From: Glycera tridactyla
Lineage: Eukaryota
Assembly (NCBI GenBank): GCA_965644265.1
Contig: OZ286473.1
Location: forward strand, 85,746,001-85,810,000
DNA length: 64,000 bases
Direction: 5' to 3'
The notes under the pieces are model-generated. The model searched no databases, was not told where the DNA came from, and saw nothing but the letters and a program-made list of their open reading frames with translations. Below are positions 25,531 through 37,646 of this stretch, in pieces. The position numbers were made by a program, and so were the translations under genes. Position 1 is the stretch's first letter. Each line of letters opens with the position of its first letter.

Positions 25531-25680
25531 CAGTTGAACCTGCTCTGAAGACCACCTCTCTATAAAGGCCACCTGCCTATAAAGACCACCCTGAACTGCG
25601 ACCGTGATAGTATTTTTAACAGTAAATGACCTCTCTTATAGACCACTTTTCGATGCGACCTTTATAGAGAGGTTCGACTG
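25531..25680. mobile_element. Tc1/mariner-type MITE (TA|CAGTTGAACC...GGTTCGACTG|TA)
   Basis: TIRs, TA flanks and internal TATAAAGACCAC repeats; related to 26273-26448 and 38560-38736. Confidence 0.88.
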
Positions 25681-26272
25681 TATATCATTCATATTTACTG
25701 TAACCAGGACAACTACCTTATCTGACATAGTCAAATGTACCTGTTGACAAGAGACCACCTCTTCAAGAGACATTCAGGTGACATTTAAAATGGTCCCTAG
25801 TCACAGGTTTCACTCTGCCAATGCCAGTTTCGAAATCATTTTGCATTTCAAACTGGCAAATCATGCAACCGATACATGTAAAGGAAATCTGATTTTCAGT
25901 ACCCCAACTCACTTGAAAGATCAATTTCTCATGATCATGTGAGATAAACAAGAAGATAGAATCTCTACTTTCATCTGTTCAATCTGATCATGTCTAGAAA
26001 CTGCATAGGACAATATTGGTGCATCTGTTGACCTTGAATCTTCTAAGCTATAGGAGAGGCATCTTGACCAATCAGAGGCCATCAGTTGGCAGAAAATCAC
26101 TCAAGCATGAAGGTACATAGAGCACAAATTTGAAATCTCTCATGTTGCATCTGATGAAGCCAAATATTCTGAGCAATGCTGGACGAGATATGTCTTGACC
26201 AAATAACGGCCAGTATTTGGCAGGAAATGACTGAATGAAACTTGAATTTTCCAAGCAATTCTAGAAGAAATA

Positions 26273-26448
26273 CATTTGAACCTGCTCTAAAAACCACCTC
26301 TCTATAAAGACCACCTTTCTATAAAGACCACCCTGAGCTGCGAACGTGGTGGTATTTTCAACGGTAAACAACCTCTATAAAGACCACCTGTCCATGAAGA
26401 CCACTTTTTGATGCGACCGAATGCGGTCTTTATAGACAGATTCGCCTA
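26273..26448. mobile_element. MITE, same subfamily as 25531-25680
   Basis: Shared GAACCTGCTCT...TATAAAGACCAC...GATGCGACC sequence; ends degraded. Confidence 0.8.
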
Positions 26449-26533
26449 TGTCCTGACCAACCAGAGGCAATCATTTGGTGGGAAATCACTGACAATCTTG
26501 AGTTTTCTAAGAAATGACAGAGGAGCTACATAC

Positions 26534-26675
26534 GCTGATGATGAGTCGCTGCTGATAGAACCCATACTGCCATCTGTTGAATCTTTACTTGCTTGTCGGA
26601 CCATTCTGTTACGCATCTCTGCCGCAGCACCAACCTCCTCGCTTCGTTGGAATGAAGACCGAGGTTTTTTGCCAC
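26534..26675 (-). CDS. RIMS: RIM exon (GGKKPRSSFQRSEEVGAAAEMRNRMVRQASKDSTDGSMGSISSDSS)
   Basis: TTGTTGACAG acceptor and GC|GTATGT donor; 142 nt, phase 1-2. Matches RIM SFQRSTETGLAVEMRNWMTRQASRESTDGS. Confidence 0.96.
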
Positions 26676-27864
26676 CTGTCAACAATAGACCATAGATAAT
26701 AGACAATACACTAGACGATACACGATACACATACTTTAATTTATCTTCAGGGTGTAGTCATAATTCAATGATATCCCGCCTCTGGAACAAAGTGTCTTTC
26801 CACAGGTTCTCGCAATATAAGATGTGATTGAGGGGAATTTTCACATATTATTCACTCAGCCATAGGTGATGGAGAATTTTTCCGAGGTTACATCCAATAT
26901 TTCTGAAAGCAGGGGCATTTGCCCCCTAGAATCTGAGAAAAGGGGGCATTTCTTCACAGAAGTTCACTACTACAGTGAACTAGAATTGCAGACTTCTTGG
27001 TGATATAGGGGGCATTAAGGCCCCTAGTTGCCTCGAAAAGAGGTTGATGGTCAATTACCCAATTGTCCATTGCATAAGATCAATATGATATTCAGAATTT
27101 AGAATGACACAACTCGCACATGGCTTAAGACACCCATATATGTTCCACTTGGGACTGAAAAAAACACTGCCCTAATATCCTGATATGATATTCACAGAAA
27201 AAAGGCAAGCGATTGGCTAACAAAAACACTGAACATTTATGTTTTTCCAAACCGAGTAAATCCCCAAATCTACCAACAAAAAGATATTATGATACCAGTT
27301 GAGCAAAAGAATGAGCACGTCAAATAACATCCATGTTCTCCACCCTATCATCACCAATTTTGGTGCAATTCTTATGATCTAAAAACAAAATATGCAGGAC
27401 ACGATTCAGTCTCCACTCATATCTAAACCTAGCTGCATTTGCTTTCCAGAACATGAAAACTGCGGAACAATCATATCCTCAAAATGACTTATAAAATGCT
27501 AATGCACACAATTTTCAAATAGAATAAGATAATATGAATAATATGAATCAAAGTAGTCAATGATAAATGTGGAGGGATTGGATAATCACGGTCGCATCCA
27601 GGAAAGGGGGGGTATTCCTCCACAGAAAAAATGGGCTCAATTAGAAAAGAAAATGGGCTACATCTCATTGATTTAGGGGGCATTGTGGCCCCTGATGTTC
27701 TTAAAAAAAATTGGAAATGATCTCAAAAGAATAGAATTGTATATAGCACATATTCCAATGGGCAGTGCATTTTGCAGAAAAATGGTACAACTAAATCGAT
27801 CATTGAACATGGTGAGGTTTTGCAAATACTGCCGTTGTGTATTTCAGATAAAGCGAAATTCTTA

Positions 27865-28716
27865 TTGTATATACTGGCACATAAGTCAACCCCCTGATTT
27901 TACCTCCAAATGTCAGAATTTAGCAGATATCCCGTACATAAGTCAACCCATAGTTTTGCGGAGACATGACAGTGAATTGCAAATACAGGCGGAATATATC
28001 AACAAGAGATGTCATTTCAAACTGGGAGAGAGATGAATTGATCTGTGTTTAATCGAGTAGCGACGAGTGAAGTGACAGATCAAAGAAGAGTGTAAAGAAG
28101 CTATTTTGCTCCTTATCCTGGCTATGGTCCAGCTTTTTCCACCTGCATGCTTCAATGATTTATGATGTTCAATCCATGAAGGGGCTTTCCCTACCGTGGG
28201 AACCACATTGTAAAGCCAGTAACGAATTTCGCAATAAAAACAAGAGGCTGACATCTTTGATAGTGATTTAGGTAAGTGAGTAAGTAAGTAAGTAAACTTT
28301 TTATTATACTCCGTGGCATTGTTGTCTAGTCACAAGGCTGAAGTCCAACAGATGTGCCTTGATTTTTTTTTTCATTGTTGGTTCTCATGATCTTGAGGGG
28401 CTCATCATGGTGGTCTGCCCTACGATGGTTAAACATGCCGGGTGTTTTCATCACGTTTGTGGCAATAATGTCAGTTTTTTTCTTCAAAAATGATCATCAG
28501 ATACACAATTAAAGTAATTACTCATGCATTTGGTACCATTTACTGACATCCGGCTGAATTTTGGGTATTTCAAAAGTGATCAGAATTCGTGAAACTCATT
28601 GTTGTCAACGTCGATATTCACCGGGTAGAAGTTGTTCCTGTGTATAAGTCAACCCCCTTGTTTTTGGCTTGTATTTTAGTACAAAATACTTAAGACTTAT
28701 ATGCCAGTATATGCGC
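27865..28716. mobile_element. ~850-bp non-autonomous TcMar (Tc2/Tigger-like) element
   Basis: Inverted repeats ATATACTGGCACATAAGTC (27869-27887) and GACTTATATGCCAGTATAT (28694-28712), 18/19 match; TA at both ends; subterminal ATAAGTCAACCC repeats. Confidence 0.75.
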
Positions 28717-29672
28717 TACTTGTTTTGTTACGAGGTTGAATGATTTTTTTCTCAATTCAATTCGATTCTGAATCTAGAATCTGTGCTTGTGCAAGTGATG
28801 ACTAGCTGTCAGCTACTCAAGCAAAACTACAGTCAAACCTGTTCCATGCAGCCACCCTTGGGAGGGGGGGGGGGCACAAATAATGGCTACTTGAGATGGT
28901 TGAATCATAGTGAGAGAAATTATCTACTCTGTTTTAACCAATTCTTAGATGAGGTGGGTCTTCATCAAGCTTACCAGATTTTTCGATTGAAACCCTTTGA
29001 TCGAAAAATTGCAGGCTCGTTAAGCTTGATTGATTGATTGAAGTGGTAAAGTGAACAGGCTCCACTCAGTCACCTCCACATAGGAGTGCCCCCTTTAAAA
29101 GAGGCCAGATCATATAGATATGTGTAATGGTGCCGATATAGTGTTGAATGATCAATACTAGAACTGCACTATACAAACGTCTTTATGATAGACACCTCTT
29201 GGGTAGGAGGCACTCCTGTGTAAAGGTGACTGAGCAGAAACCTGTGAACTATAGAATCTTCACACTGTGAGTAACGTGAATCACATATTTTAAAATAAGC
29301 AGACACCTCTAGAAAGGTACTACAATACTTGATAACGTGATAAGTATGCGTATTACATGCAAATTACCTGAGACAAGGAAGCAGCTTTTGAGAACACTTT
29401 TACCTTATGAATATACATCTTTATGATCAAAATCTCTGGACAGGAAGTGCTCCTGTGTAAAGGTAACTAAGCAGACACCTCTAGAAAAGGACTACAATAC
29501 TTGTGATAAGTTACAAGCGATTACCTGAGGGGGAAGCAGTTTTTAAGAACATTGTTACCTTACAGATAGACCTGCGATCAACAAGCACCTATTATTAAGG
29601 GGGTAAAACTAGCGGGGAATGGTGGTGCTTGTTGGTCGCAGGTTTCAGGTGTATCCCGGCGCATTGACTGAC

Positions 29673-29920
29673 CTGTGTTGGCTAGTTGTGACGTTGAGCT
29701 ACTGCGGCGTGACAGGCCGACAAGAGCTGCCACTTTGTAGCCAATACTGGGCCGTCGTTTGCGACCCTCCGTCACACTCGAAGTCACTGCTGAGTCAGAG
29801 ATGCTCCCATCGTTTTTTTCATACCCGGCGACATCTGTGTTACTATAGCTACGATTGAGAGGCTTGCGGGATGAGGGTGTCCCTCCCCCCGCACGACTCT
29901 CCATTTTTGATGTAAATTCA
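29673..29920 (-). CDS. RIMS: RIM exon (SEFTSKMESR...EKNDGSISDSAV...KVAALVGLSRRSSSTSQLANT)
   Basis: TTTTTTCAG acceptor and G|GTCAGT donor; 248 nt, phase 2-1. Matches RIM FTSKMQSR, KNDGSQSDTAV and KMVAIVGLSRKSRSASQL. Confidence 0.95.
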
Positions 29921-30025
29921 CTGAAAAAACAAAACAAAGCTATGTTATGATGGCTACGGTTGAGACGGCTTGGGGGATGAGGGTGACTCTCATCTGCATG
30001 ACTCCACATTTTGATTGTAAAGTCA
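29921..30025 (-). CDS. RIMS: Possible alternative 5' extension of exon 29920 (+35 aa) from a duplicated acceptor
   Basis: Second TTCAG|T acceptor at 30026/30025, 105 nt upstream, in frame, with no stop codon. The sequence is a diverged copy of the exon start. Confidence 0.4.
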
Positions 30026-30497
30026 CTGAAATGAACAATAACAAGCTGCTCCATGGAGCGATATGTCCCGCCTGTGGGAGCTAACGCAGGCGGGACAACA
30101 AAAATGGGATCATGGAATAGCATTGATTTGTGTTTGGTCATGATGAAGAGAGCAAAAGAAAAATTATTCGCTGATAGAAGCATCCATTTTCAAACTTCAG
30201 CAATTAAACATATTCCCAGATATTCATGGGGGATACCCTATCTGTAAACTACATGTTGATTGGCTGTTGCTGTACCACAGAATAAGGTATGAACCAGTCA
30301 TAACTGCCCTTTCCTATGCTGGCAGGGACTCCTTTGGAATTCATGGCTGGATTAAGCTCCTATCACCGGACAATAGATGATTTCTGACAGAGACGGAGTC
30401 ATGATAGGATAGGGAGGGACGTTCAGATAACACATTTCCACTTGTGGTGTTCTACTGTTCAAAAATTGCCTCAACCTTGACGTAATTTCACACTCAC

Positions 30498-30630
30498 CTA
30501 AGTTTGCGCCGTGGTCGTTCCGACTGAGTTGATTTGACGCTAATTGTACTAATTTTTGACACTTCTGACATGTCACTTGTTTCTGATGCGTCACTATGAA
30601 TAGCTTCATCCGAAACATCCGGGCTGAATT
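30498..30630 (-). CDS. RIMS: RIM exon (EFSPDVSDEAIHSDASETSDMSEVSKISTISVKSTQSERPRRKL)
   Basis: Poly-T CAG acceptor and AG|GTGAGT donor; 133 nt, phase 1-2, which is needed to reconcile the flanking phases. Resembles RIM SDVSDVSAISR...QSERPRG. The ORF track shows a different frame here. Confidence 0.92.
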
Positions 30631-31482
30631 CTGAAAAAAAAAAAACAGAAGTTCATGATGACATTCATGAACTTGTATGACTGCCAAATAAAAGGAATTT
30701 CATGACCCATTCTCAATGCAGATTTAGATTCCTCTCACAATATCTACATTCTGTTTTTGTCCATATATACTCCATCCACCGAACCTACCTCATTTTCGAT
30801 AGCTATCACACAAAATGACATATTTACATTTTCCAAGAATCATCAACTTGACATACATAAATTTTCCAGGTGACAACTGAAGGTCCATTCATACATATGA
30901 ATATATATTTATCTGCCCAGTTGAATACTCTGTTGGTGCTTATCTAAAGTAAAGAATGGAGAAATTAACGATCCCAATTCATAAATAATACAAGGTCATG
31001 TGACAAATATAAACATGTGGTACCCAGAGGACAGAACAGAGGCAATCGCCACATGAACATTGTGAATCAATGGTTTGATCGAGGTTCCAGAATTGTGTGA
31101 ATGAAGAAATGTTGCATACTACCGTCATTATTATCTTTTCATTATCATTACTATTATCATTATTAGGTAGCAGCAGTCTCAGGACCCATCTGATGAAGGC
31201 TAGCATCAGTAGACTGTATGTACTAGTGGAACTACAAGGCAGTTGTAGCTCTACCCATAGACTACCAACGCAATCCTGACATTTATATCTGCTACACTTG
31301 ATTATCGCACTGTACCGCATAAAAGACAACTTGGGTGACGATTGTTGTGGTGTTCACTTCACAATCAATATTATCAATAATAATATCATTACCACTATTA
31401 GATTATTATCATTATCATTATTATCATCATCATAATTATTTCTATCATCACATTATGACAGAGAAAAGTCCGTGAGACTCAC

Positions 31483-31701
31483 CCCTACGCCTTGAACGGT
31501 GGCCATGGCTTTGACTGCGATGGCCCCGTTCCAGGCCGCGCTCATGCGATGAGGATGAGTATGGATCACGCATGCGGTCACGTGACCGTGATGGTGGGTA
31601 CATGCCCTCGGGATCGGAGGCTCCCCCGCCGGGACCGCCTGAACGATACTGATGCATCTTCATCTTCATCATACGAGCACGCTCCTCCAAGTCTTGCGTC
31701 A
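31483..31701 (-). CDS. RIMS: RIM linker exon (VTQDLEERARMMKMKMHQYR...HRSRRR)
   Basis: TTTTCTTTTTATTCCAG acceptor and G|GTGAGT donor; 219 nt, symmetric phase 1-1. Confidence 0.9.
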
Positions 31702-31714
31702 CTGGAATAAAAAG

Positions 31715-31955
31715 AAAACTAGTGGTCAACACCCTACTGTTGATGAAATATGGGAATTAGATGACTCAAGGCCTTCCAGGTGCATCATGGGAGGTATAAA
31801 TTAATAAGTTACATCAGAAAACTAGTGGTCAATACCCTACTGTTGATGAAATATGGAAATTTGATGAATTAGAAGACTTCCAGGTGCATCATGGGAGGTA
31901 TAAATCAATAAGTTACATCAGAAAATTAGAGGTCAACAACCTACTGTTGATGAAT
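31715..31955. repeat. ~103-bp tandem repeat, 2.3 units plus a partial copy near 32007
   Basis: Units start at 31715, 31818 and 31922. Confidence 0.9.
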
Positions 31956-32417
31956 AGCATTAAGACACCTGGGTGCCTCATCGAGGGGGAATTTTTTATT
32001 CGACTCAGAAAATTAGTGGTCAACACCTACTGTTAATAAATCACATACATTCAAGTCACAGGTCTAAAATCGCCCTTGGGACCTTGCTATTGATGGAAAA
32101 CAGGTCTTCGAATTTGGCAACTCACCCAAATTCTGGAGAGAGTGAATCTAATTATGGAAGTAACATGCACCTCTGCAATTGTTTTTCGAATGTATTATAT
32201 CCAATAGAGACTGAGATCACCAAGATGGCAGCCACAAAAAACATTCGTTCCTGACCATTTTTTGTAGAATTCATGTCTCCATCTGAATTTCCTTGATGGG
32301 CACAAAAAATTGGTAAAAACTCTGGACAAAATGAGGATATTGGCATGTCAGCATCTGTCTCTCCATCTGTCCTTCCTTTTACAAATTTATGATTCTCCTC
32401 TGAAGCAGTTGTCTCAC

Positions 32418-32578
32418 CTCGGTCTCCCCGATCTCGACCCTCACGACTGGGATGGTGGCGCTGCTGAAGTGGAATCTGTGGCAACTGGCGTTTCTTTGGC
32501 GATGGGGTGCTGGTGGGCGTCACGACGCCGGACTGCGAGGCTGAACCCAGCTGACCTCCCCGCGGTGACATCATGTCC
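32418..32578 (-). CDS. RIMS: RIM exon containing the RIM-BP SH3-binding motif KKRQLPQIP
   Basis: TTTTAATTGTAG acceptor and G|GTGAGA donor; 161 nt, phase 2-1. RQLPQxP is the conserved RIM proline-rich motif. Confidence 0.93.
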
Positions 32579-33185
32579 CTACAATTAAAACCACGTCATC
32601 ATGATGTAACAATCTAACAGATACCCTAACAGACAGCTCTATTTTGAGACAGCCCCCAAATGTCAAGCAAAACCGGCACTCAAAAGAGGTGATGGTCATT
32701 AGAGGTTTAAAGTTGGCCAGTCATAGGAGTGAAACCACAAAATTATCAACACATATTCAGCCCACGACTGGCAACTCACAAATCAAGTTCCGTACACCAA
32801 AATAGCACAAAATCGATGTTCATATCCCATCCTTCTAAATATCAACATTTTCACCATAACATGATAAATTCACCAAGTGTGGCATGACCCATCAATACAT
32901 ACACAGTGAAACCTGTGTGGGGAACTTGCCAAACACAACGAATTACAATTGCATCATCCTCTGCTAATGTTTATACCAAGAGCGATTGATGATTCTGATG
33001 AAACTGATGCTAGAAATATATTCTTCTGCACTACAATTTTCAAAAATAATTATGAATACCATGGGTCTCGAGAACAGTGGAATTGACTGTATGGATTTGC
33101 CTCCAATGAAGATTGGTTGATTGAGTGATGCTCACCTGGGGAATAAAATTGGCACTGTTTGCGATCACAATATTCAGGAACTTAC

Positions 33186-33423
33186 CGATCAGGTGGGGAC
33201 ATGGAACGTGAGGCATCCGACATTCCAGGTATTCGTTGTCGTCCAGGTGACCGTGACCTTGACCTCTCCTCTGCTGACATACGACCAGGCGATCGTGACC
33301 TCTTGGCCTTGTCTGGTACATTGAGCATATCACCACCAGGGCCAATTCGACCCCGATGTCGAGGGTCCATGTCATCCATAGGACCGTGACGACCTCGATG
33401 CCGGTCCATGTCTTCCCGTCCTT
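33186..33423 (-). CDS. RIMS: RIM linker exon, Arg/Ser-rich (EGREDMDRHRGRH...RSRSPGR...RSMSPPDR)
   Basis: TATTTTCAG acceptor and CG|GTAAGT donor; 238 nt, phase 1-2. Confidence 0.9.
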
Positions 33424-33589
33424 CTGAAAATAGGGCAAAACAAACTGAGTAAATACATTCACTGCTTGAAACCAATCTTAATTTGAACAATATAAATAGG
33501 TATAACTGTTACATGGTGGCTTCGATCCATAAATAAATTCCCTATCTTTCCCATGACAAAATATATTAATTGACGATTCACACACATTT

Positions 33590-34150
33590 ATGATAAAATT
33601 CACTGACATCCCCCTCACATTTGGCCAAACTTTGAAATTCTCTGACACCACAATTTAATTCCCTGACTTTACATTGACAACATATATCGATGAACTCATT
33701 ACTTTGCCCATAGTGAGTTGGCCTAGTATTGCACTGAGCCATCGATATGATTTCCCTGACAAGTTCTCTGACTTTAGTTGGTATAATTGTCTACCCGAAT
33801 GCCTTATGGCCATCTTTCCATTGATTTTATTGGGTACAAACCAATTAAAAAGACAAAAAACAAAGTGTAACTGCCGAATATCTGAGAGAGTGGAAGGTAT
33901 TGTGAGTGCAAATGTGAGCGCTCATTCTGATGACAAGTGATGGACCTTATTGATGCTTACAACTTCATATCATCACCTGGTATAATGAAATTCACTGACA
34001 AGTCCCTGATATCTATAATGAAATTCCCTAAAAAAAAACTGACATTTTACCAAAATCAAAATTTCCTTGACAACATATGAAATCCTCTGATGATTCCCTG
34101 ACTTTGCTCCGTCTGTGATTTCACTGACTTCCCTTATGGTGGACCTCCTG
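33590..34150. mobile_element. Degenerate element rich in AATTCCCTGAC-type subterminal motifs
   Basis: More than 10 variants of (A)TTC(C/A)CTGAC in two clusters; typical of non-autonomous DNA transposon ends. Family not determined. Confidence 0.45.
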
Positions 34151-34370
34151 TTGTAAATTCTTTCACAAAGTTACATACATAATATCCAAACTTAAGAGAC
34201 ATTTGCCCTCTAATATCTGAGGGAAAAGACAAAAATTGTTCTCACTCAATAAGCCCTTAGTGCAACCGTCTCATTGATCTAGGGGGCATTGGGGCCCCTG
34301 GTGTCCTCAAAAGAAGGCTTGTGCTTGATAAAATGTGTGAAATACCCCTGGCCCCCTTCTGGATGTGACT

Positions 34371-34565
34371 GTTTTTGTTTGTTTGAGGGTTAACGGCATG
34401 TATCAACCCTAGGTTTATGGATGCCGTGTGTTCCTGGGTAATGAAAGCTAGATGTTCTCTCCCCTGCAGACATCTCTCACAAACCCTGAACACAAGATGA
34501 TGGGGAATCTGAAAGGTTGTCTAATAGAAGTAGCTGACAGTTCAGACACACATCTATCTAGTCAA
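34371..34565 (-). mobile_element. SINE-like family A fragment
   Basis: High similarity to 4024-4218. Confidence 0.8.
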
Positions 34566-35837
34566 CATGAACAAACTGAATTTAATGATGGCATATGTAA
34601 CTATGTAACTGGCTGGAAGCTGACACTCAAGCCTGATAAAGTCTGTCAAATTCGAATGTGGCGGGTACATTCACACACTAACTTTGCCATTTCTTGTCTG
34701 ATTTTACTTTTAATGGCACAAATGGAATGTATAGACCTTCCGGCGATCTTTCAACCTGGTTTCAGATAATCTGCATGCTTTTGAAGAGGATTACGCCATC
34801 ATTCCATCGCTTTTTTTTTCAGCAAAACTGCCGCCATTATCGGCGATTATTTGTATGTGAAACAGTGAAGATACAGCCGCTGCACTCATCCCATAACCAG
34901 CGTGAAATTGACATATTCTGTGTTCTAAGGTGAAATAAACAAGGGAACCTTGCCGTGATCACATTTGTGATTGTCGGAGATGTCCACAATGTCTGCCTGC
35001 GAGTTTCATTTCAATCTGATGCAAATTCGCAATGCTAGGGAAAAAAACGACCCGCCACGATCAAGCTCGACAGACTTTAGCAATGCTTTCTTTCTCAGCT
35101 TCTGGATGCATCTCTGCTTTTTTTATCAATGAATGACTAACAGAGATGTGATCAGGCCACATAATTTTTTTTTAATACAAAATGTGCATAAGTTTTGGTA
35201 GTGGACCAATCACATCCCTCATGAAACCCACACACAGTGCGCTAATCTAACGCTAAATCTGCCTGAATCTAAATCTGTCAAATACGAAAACCCTGATCAA
35301 TGATAACAAGTGAAAAATCAGACAAAAACTATGTGAAGACATCTTATGAATGCATGCAAATATGAAGTTGAACACAGGTCAAAATCAAGTCCGTCACAAA
35401 AGGAATAAATTTCCTTAGAAATCTAATTATAAAGGACAAGAGGGCAAAAAATGGATGAAACCACCGCATCAAATGTGAATGAAAATGCAAAGAAATGAAT
35501 ACAAATATATAAATATTATCAAGACTTCACCCAGGAGAGAAAAAGATCAACTGCATCAATGAACAGGTGGAAAGTGAAAAAAGTGTAACCATGGAAACCA
35601 CTGCTTGATTCGGATAGAGATTAGTACATAACTGCCTGCTATCATCAGTTTGACAACACGCTGAGATTTTCACTCTTATGTCAAAATAGAAGATTATACA
35701 AACCTTAGACAGAACAAATATAGCCATTCCCACGGGAGAAATGTTTGGAATATGAACAGGTATGGAGCAAAACATTATGATAAAACAAAAACCTATATAA
35801 CTGAAAAATTTGGCCGATCAGATTTTCCAGTAATTCA

Positions 35838-36007
35838 CAGTGGAACCGGTATCAAGCAACCGATCTTGGGAGACCAAAAATAGTTGCTTGAGACAAGTGA
35901 TTGCTTGAGAATGTTGAATGGAAAAATATTCAAGTGGAAAATCAGAAATTGACAGTTTGAGAGGGTGTGTTCCTGGATACTGTTGTCACTTTATACAGGT
36001 GCCACTG
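35838..36007. mobile_element. Degenerate CAGT-type MITE
   Basis: CAGTGGAACC...GGTGCCACTG|TA termini. Confidence 0.6.
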
Positions 36008-36571
36008 TACATGAATTGCAAAATATCAAAACCCGAATATGGCAGTTTTTACTGAACAAGTATGTTGCAACTGGAAACGCATTCTCCCATTTTGGGCTTA
36101 ATACACATACACATAGTGAAAGCAGGAATCTGTCCATCAACTGAGGATGACATTGTTTAAAGAGACCACACCACAGACCTACTGTGAAGAGATGAGGGAG
36201 AAAACAGTTGCAGAATACAGAGTCATAACCTGGGAGGAAAGCACCGAGATTCAACTCATCTTGATGTCATCATCACTGGAAACCAGACTCGAGACAAAAC
36301 TAAACAAGAGTAAGGCATCTTTGCAAAGAACTTGGAGTATCAAAACTGGATGAATAATGGTTTACCAACGATGAATCCGCTGTGATGAATATATCTGAAC
36401 CCTAATGAACATGACCTTTACAAACTGTTTCAAAAAACCAACTGTCAACAGATCATTATCCTGAAGATTTCAACCACTCAAAGTCATGGAGAGACAGTTG
36501 ACAACTAACGCCACTTCCATCCAAAACTGTCAGAAGGAAACAACCGACACTAGGATGGAGATAAAAATATA

Positions 36572-36692
36572 CAGTCAAAACTGCTTGAAAGACCACCCAC
36601 ACACAGAGGTCACCCTGAGCTGCAGCCATCATAGTCATGACTGCCTACATTTTCATGTGACTGGGGGTGGTCTTTGTAGACTGACTTGACTG
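36572..36692. mobile_element. Degenerate CAGT-type MITE
   Basis: TA|CAGTCAAAAC...GACTTGACTG termini; internal GACCAC and CCCTGAGCTGC motifs shared with the 25531 family. Confidence 0.6.
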
Positions 36693-36950
36693 CAGATACA
36701 AAGAGCCTAACTACTGGCAAAAACACATCTTCAGAGAATTTGCTGAAATCACAAAATACGAGGAATTTCCGTCATCCAAATAAAGCATCATAGTTATGAC
36801 TTAGAAGTCACACTGCAATGAACGACATCATTTTAATTGAACTCGAACAACGCCACACATCTTTTCTTGGCACGACAATATAAAAGACCAAGTATGGCAT
36901 TTCCATGCAATTTTATTCTGACAGATATTGTTGACTTCACAGCTGTTTAC

Positions 36951-37106
36951 CTGAGGCAAGCCGTCGCCGTGGTAACGGGGAATGACCTCTTTCTGGGTGA
37001 CCCCGTCTTTCAAACTCAGGGAAATCCTCGCTGACTGGTGGTGGACTGCACGAGCTCCCGACAGAGCTCAGACTTGCTCCATCGCCACGACCGCCTATCA
37101 CTGCTC
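36951..37106 (-). CDS. RIMS: RIM linker exon (GAVIGGRGDGASLSSVGSSCSPPP...RRRLAS)
   Basis: TTCTAG acceptor and CAG|GTAAAC donor; 156 nt, symmetric phase 1-1. GC-rich coding-like island in an AT-rich intron. Confidence 0.82.
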
Positions 37107-37430
37107 CTAGAATGTAATACATGCCCCACATCAACCATTAGTACTCAGTACTGACACGGAACATTCACCACTGAATAATGATCTTTCTTGTAATATTGGG
37201 AATCGATACCTTTATTTGGAATCGATTACTAGATTATAGTCAACACTCGATTTTGTGCCTTATAGTTCCAGAAAATACAGTCAATGAGCTTTGTCTTGTT
37301 GAATTCAAATTCAATTTTTTTTTTATCAAAATGAGCAGCAATTAAATCGATTCTAACAAGCTAACATCAATTGGTAGGATCGAAATCCATTTTGATAAAG
37401 CATATCAATTCCTGAGTGATTCGTCTCATC

Positions 37431-37646
37431 CAGGGCTCTATGCTAAGAGCTGCTCAACTGGCACAGGCAGGCAGATTGTTAAGGCAGGCAACTTCATCAG
37501 TCTGTCTGCCCAATGGCCAGGTACTTGAGCATTATTCAGTCTATGATCATATGCAGGAGGGCAGGTGAAACTGACAGGGAGGGCAGGTGAAAATCCAACT
37601 TCACCTGCCTGAAGGACAGCTGAAGTCGAGTGAATGTAGAGCCCTG
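37431..37646 (+). mobile_element. 216-bp MITE with 10-bp perfect TIR CAGGGCTCTA/TAGAGCCCTG (hAT-like termini)
   Basis: TIRs seen directly; second copy in the opposite orientation at 55588-55808. No 8-bp TSD visible, so the superfamily is uncertain. Confidence 0.75.

Noticed and set aside
30352-30687. 111-aa ORF overlapping the RIM exon
   Set aside because: Wrong frame; the real exon 30498-30630 is read in another frame that matches RIM.
32152-32417. 88-codon open read-through past the 32418 donor
   Set aside because: No RIM similarity; a strong GTGAGA donor gives the correct phase to the next exon. Intron retention is unsupported.
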